This document shows, piece after piece, positions 62,401 through 64,000 of a stretch of 64,000 nucleotides of DNA. This DNA is from Verrucomicrobiota bacterium. GTDB taxonomy: Bacteria > Verrucomicrobiota > Kiritimatiellia > RFP12 > UBA1067. Made by a program: the position numbers and the translations under genes. Below the pieces are notes generated by a model, which searched no databases, was not told the origin of the DNA, and worked only from the letters and a program-made list of their open reading frames with translations. How positions within the stretch are numbered: the first letter of the stretch is position 1; every line of letters starts with the position of its first letter. The DNA is taken from contig JBNMKZ010000008.1 in assembly GCA_050874585.1 (NCBI GenBank), positions 344 through 64,343 of the forward strand. The letters run 5' to 3'.

Positions 62401-64000
62401 TCCGTTCGTCAATATGCAGGGTGGAGTAGTCGGCCGAAAGGCCGATGACATTCTCCAACTTGACACCCGTGAACAGCAGTTTCTTCTCGCCCTTGAGAAT
62501 CGTCGCCGATTCGGCCGTCTTCTCAACCGTCTTGGCGGTGGCCCCCGCCAGACGGAAAAGATACCCGTCGTCGTCCACCGCCAGCACGGCCGTCGGATCG
62601 TCCTGAATCGAAATCGCCGCGAGTTGCGCACTCGAAAGTCCATTCGCATCCGTGCCGATGCGCACATCCCCGACCTTGGGTGCGCGGGCAAGCGTCAGGT
62701 GTCCGCCCCAACTGGCCGACGCGGACGCGGCAAACGAAACCGCCGCGCCGTCGGCGATGTCGAGCGTCGAATCGCCCTTCACGACCAACGCACCGAACGT
62801 CGCCTTGGCCGTTGACGGGAACACGACCGTGCCCGCCTGCAGGATGAGCGCGGCAGTCGGCGCGACCGTCTTGCCGCTCGACAGCGTCAGCTTGTCCGCT
62901 CCCTTCTTGAGGAAGCCGAACATCTCGGGCGAATTGACACGAATCTGGCTCGCCTCTTTCGCCGTCAGAGGTGACGCGACCGTCAGCGGTCCGTCGCAGA
63001 TGAACCTCAGCTGAACGGGGTACACCGTCGCATCCGGCGAAAACCCGAGGCGAATTTCATCAAAGTCGACGAGCGACTCCTCCGTCCCCGTCTGCCACAG
63101 GAACGACCCGGAGTACTGGGCCGTATCCGAACCGTTGTAATAGGCGTTGTTGCCAGCCTCCATCTTGCGACCGGTCAAGTGGGCACCGTTGGAGAGGTGG
63201 ACCTTATAGAGGATGTTGCCCCACCCGTCGTACTCGTTCACGAGCGTGCCGCCCTCGACACGCGTCGGCTTGTAGATGCCCATGGACGAACCGGTCGTCA
63301 GCTTCAGCGTGCCGCCCTTCTCGACGTGGATGTCGCCGCCCGCACCCTGCGGGCCCCAGGCACCGTAAGTCGCACCAATCGAGAGCTCGCCACCGTCCAA
63401 GATTCGCGTCGCGCCCGCACCGTCCGTCAGGCAGTTGTAGGTAGCCGGCTTCGTCTGCGCCTTGCCGGAAATGGCAAAGTCAATGGCCTTGCCATCCAGG
63501 TTCAGCGTTGCCGTCGAGCCGGCGGCGAGCCGAATCCGTCCACCATTCGCCGTGGTGAGCGAAAGTGCCGAGCCATCAATCTGAAGATCCTGCCCCTCTA
63601 TAACCGCCTCACCGAAGTTGACGTTCACGGGCACCGTCGGCAATGTCGGGAAGACAATCCTCCCCGATTTCACGGACGCGTCACCCGCCACCGTCGTCAC
63701 CGACCAGCCCGCGCCAATCGCATTCTCAAACCGCACCGCCGCATCACGCTTGAAGACAATCGTTCCTGGATAATTGAACGAGATTGCATCCCCCTTGAAG
63801 GTCACATCGCCACCGACGGAAACGGACGAGACCTCCTTCGGCCCATTGAGCGTCAGTTCGGCCGTCTCATTCACAACAAGTGTCGCCCGCGGCGTCCAGC
63901 CGGCGTCATCGTCCGCCCATGTGCCCGAGGCCCCCTTGGTCCAGACATACTCACCATGGCTGACAATTTCCTCCATATTCGGAAGGGCGCGGCAGATGGC
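59498..64000 (-). CDS. Large surface/secreted protein (autotransporter-type beta-strand repeats, InlB-B-like repeats, C-terminal GFRLIVR); 5' end outside window
   Basis: KTGAGTMLL and KKGADKLTL repeats; EGYAFTGWD; frame stays open to the window edge. Confidence 0.8.
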   Translation of the reverse strand, partial: AICRALPNMEEIVSHGEYVWTKGASGTWADDDAGWTPRATLVVNETAELTLNGPKEVSSVSVGGDVTFKGDAISFNYPGTIVFKRDAAVRFENAIGAGWSVTTVAGDASVKSGRIVFPTLPTVPVNVNFGEAVIEGQDLQIDGSALSLTTANGGRIRLAAGSTATLNLDGKAIDFAISGKAQTKPATYNCLTDGAGATRILDGGELSIGATYGAWGPQGAGGDIHVEKGGTLKLTTGSSMGIYKPTRVEGGTLVNEYDGWGNILYKVHLSNGAHLTGRKMEAGNNAYYNGSDTAQYSGSFLWQTGTEESLVDFDEIRLGFSPDATVYPVQLRFICDGPLTVASPLTAKEASQIRVNSPEMFGFLKKGADKLTLSSGKTVAPTAALILQAGTVVFPSTAKATFGALVVKGDSTLDIADGAAVSFAASASASWGGHLTLARAPKVGDVRIGTDANGLSSAQLAAISIQDDPTAVLAVDDDGYLFRLAGATAKTVEKTAESATILKGEKKLLFTGVKLENVIGLSADYSTLHIDERNAGTNPTTWVLDECCAAGADKAGIYYYENDGTTLTCQFQAKGGAGKSLLTATKLELTQVGADVYGQVVYALYPYDKAYGFNGDTAAADTVAADYRTTPEDLANSTAWMAVCLNNVKLTVWEVSYADAKVTVTYVGKDGETVGTVEANVGTLDLAALAPAAPTYEGYAFTGWDKGVMKVLSDITVTALYEKLCKVTFVDADGTELAVVYVKTGASATAPDMTGKTYKGGAFRAWDQPFNAVTGDLTVTATYALAGVPAEVQDAIESSYFPKGKDALIWGGGASGVWDDGTLNWFTEDGVATAWKAGSIAVFPNSSTVAVVGEKSVAKILNVATAERVVFTGDSLTFTTGEGVRFGANGVFRFENALGGSAGYSQAIGESSDAVLKLASPVYMVSTETRKILPAAAKLANIESFSFALDTCWGSKSTRRVNNDVVQNKEGIYNWTYDPETDSVTFLLKALTTEAEGTVITAVKVKLQQKADGIYASVIYVKDALGGAIYGCLVHGEKTTWDCDFDAYEFRRDFGCDLCDENVQIQNYWVAMYDFACSLKGAIPTEMAVEIAGDCAISGGGGYTLEAGAFRVVDTGTLGGGTFSENVTVNSGALFELAGTAAIEVKGSLTNVGSGRVLISGEGVKLTANKGHDWELNVSGRATASGYNTLPTGGAGTKVLAGGDLSIGETYGYWGPCSGGGPIYVYADGLVRLAHPSAMGVSKPWYLVGGAVANENTASSYPIVYLLNMSDGATFTGSRVGVGFKDYYDNWSFVNVGGTSPSTFAAEDMMVGYQAPATAANHKMGVKFIVADVTGDAAVDFTLESPIVDREGVNLYQGEALRENCGVWKTGAGTMLLTAATHNEPQGVFKIDAGAIRLGSTCAGKLGALLVGGDSAIEVAEGGCIAFEDSASVAWASDATLTIRGQAKSRSIRIGTSADALTADQLVQIRYESASGVRKPVTIDANGYLRFESGFRLIVR

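Overview
GC-rich bacterial chromosome segment. The protein families and C-terminal motifs suggest Kiritimatiellia/PVC superphylum (inference only). Layout: (1) 1-17 kb: ligA, large secreted glycan-active proteins, htpG, an LpxC-like gene, a DnaQ-like exonuclease and HU. (2) ~17-43 kb: a visibly lower-GC Wzx/Wzy surface polysaccharide locus on the minus strand, interspersed with ATPase remnants, an HU-like cassette and a dGTPase, and bounded by a DDE insertion sequence. (3) 44.8-59.4 kb: a hybrid histidine kinase broken by an in-frame TAG, uppP, pilC-like, serA, and a sulfur cluster (cysK-metY-DUF3034-like-mnmA) followed by a metallothionein-like lipoprotein and a Cys-rich membrane-anchored winged-helix regulator. 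(4) A 5'-truncated large surface protein. Best novelty candidates: the Cys-rich lipoprotein/regulator pair, a shared C-terminal GFRLI[IV]R tail, three 4-unit 22-bp-phased intergenic arrays, a promoter-carrying dispersed repeat, and poly-G tracts. No rRNA, tRNA or CRISPR array was seen. All family calls come from motif recognition by eye, not from database searches.
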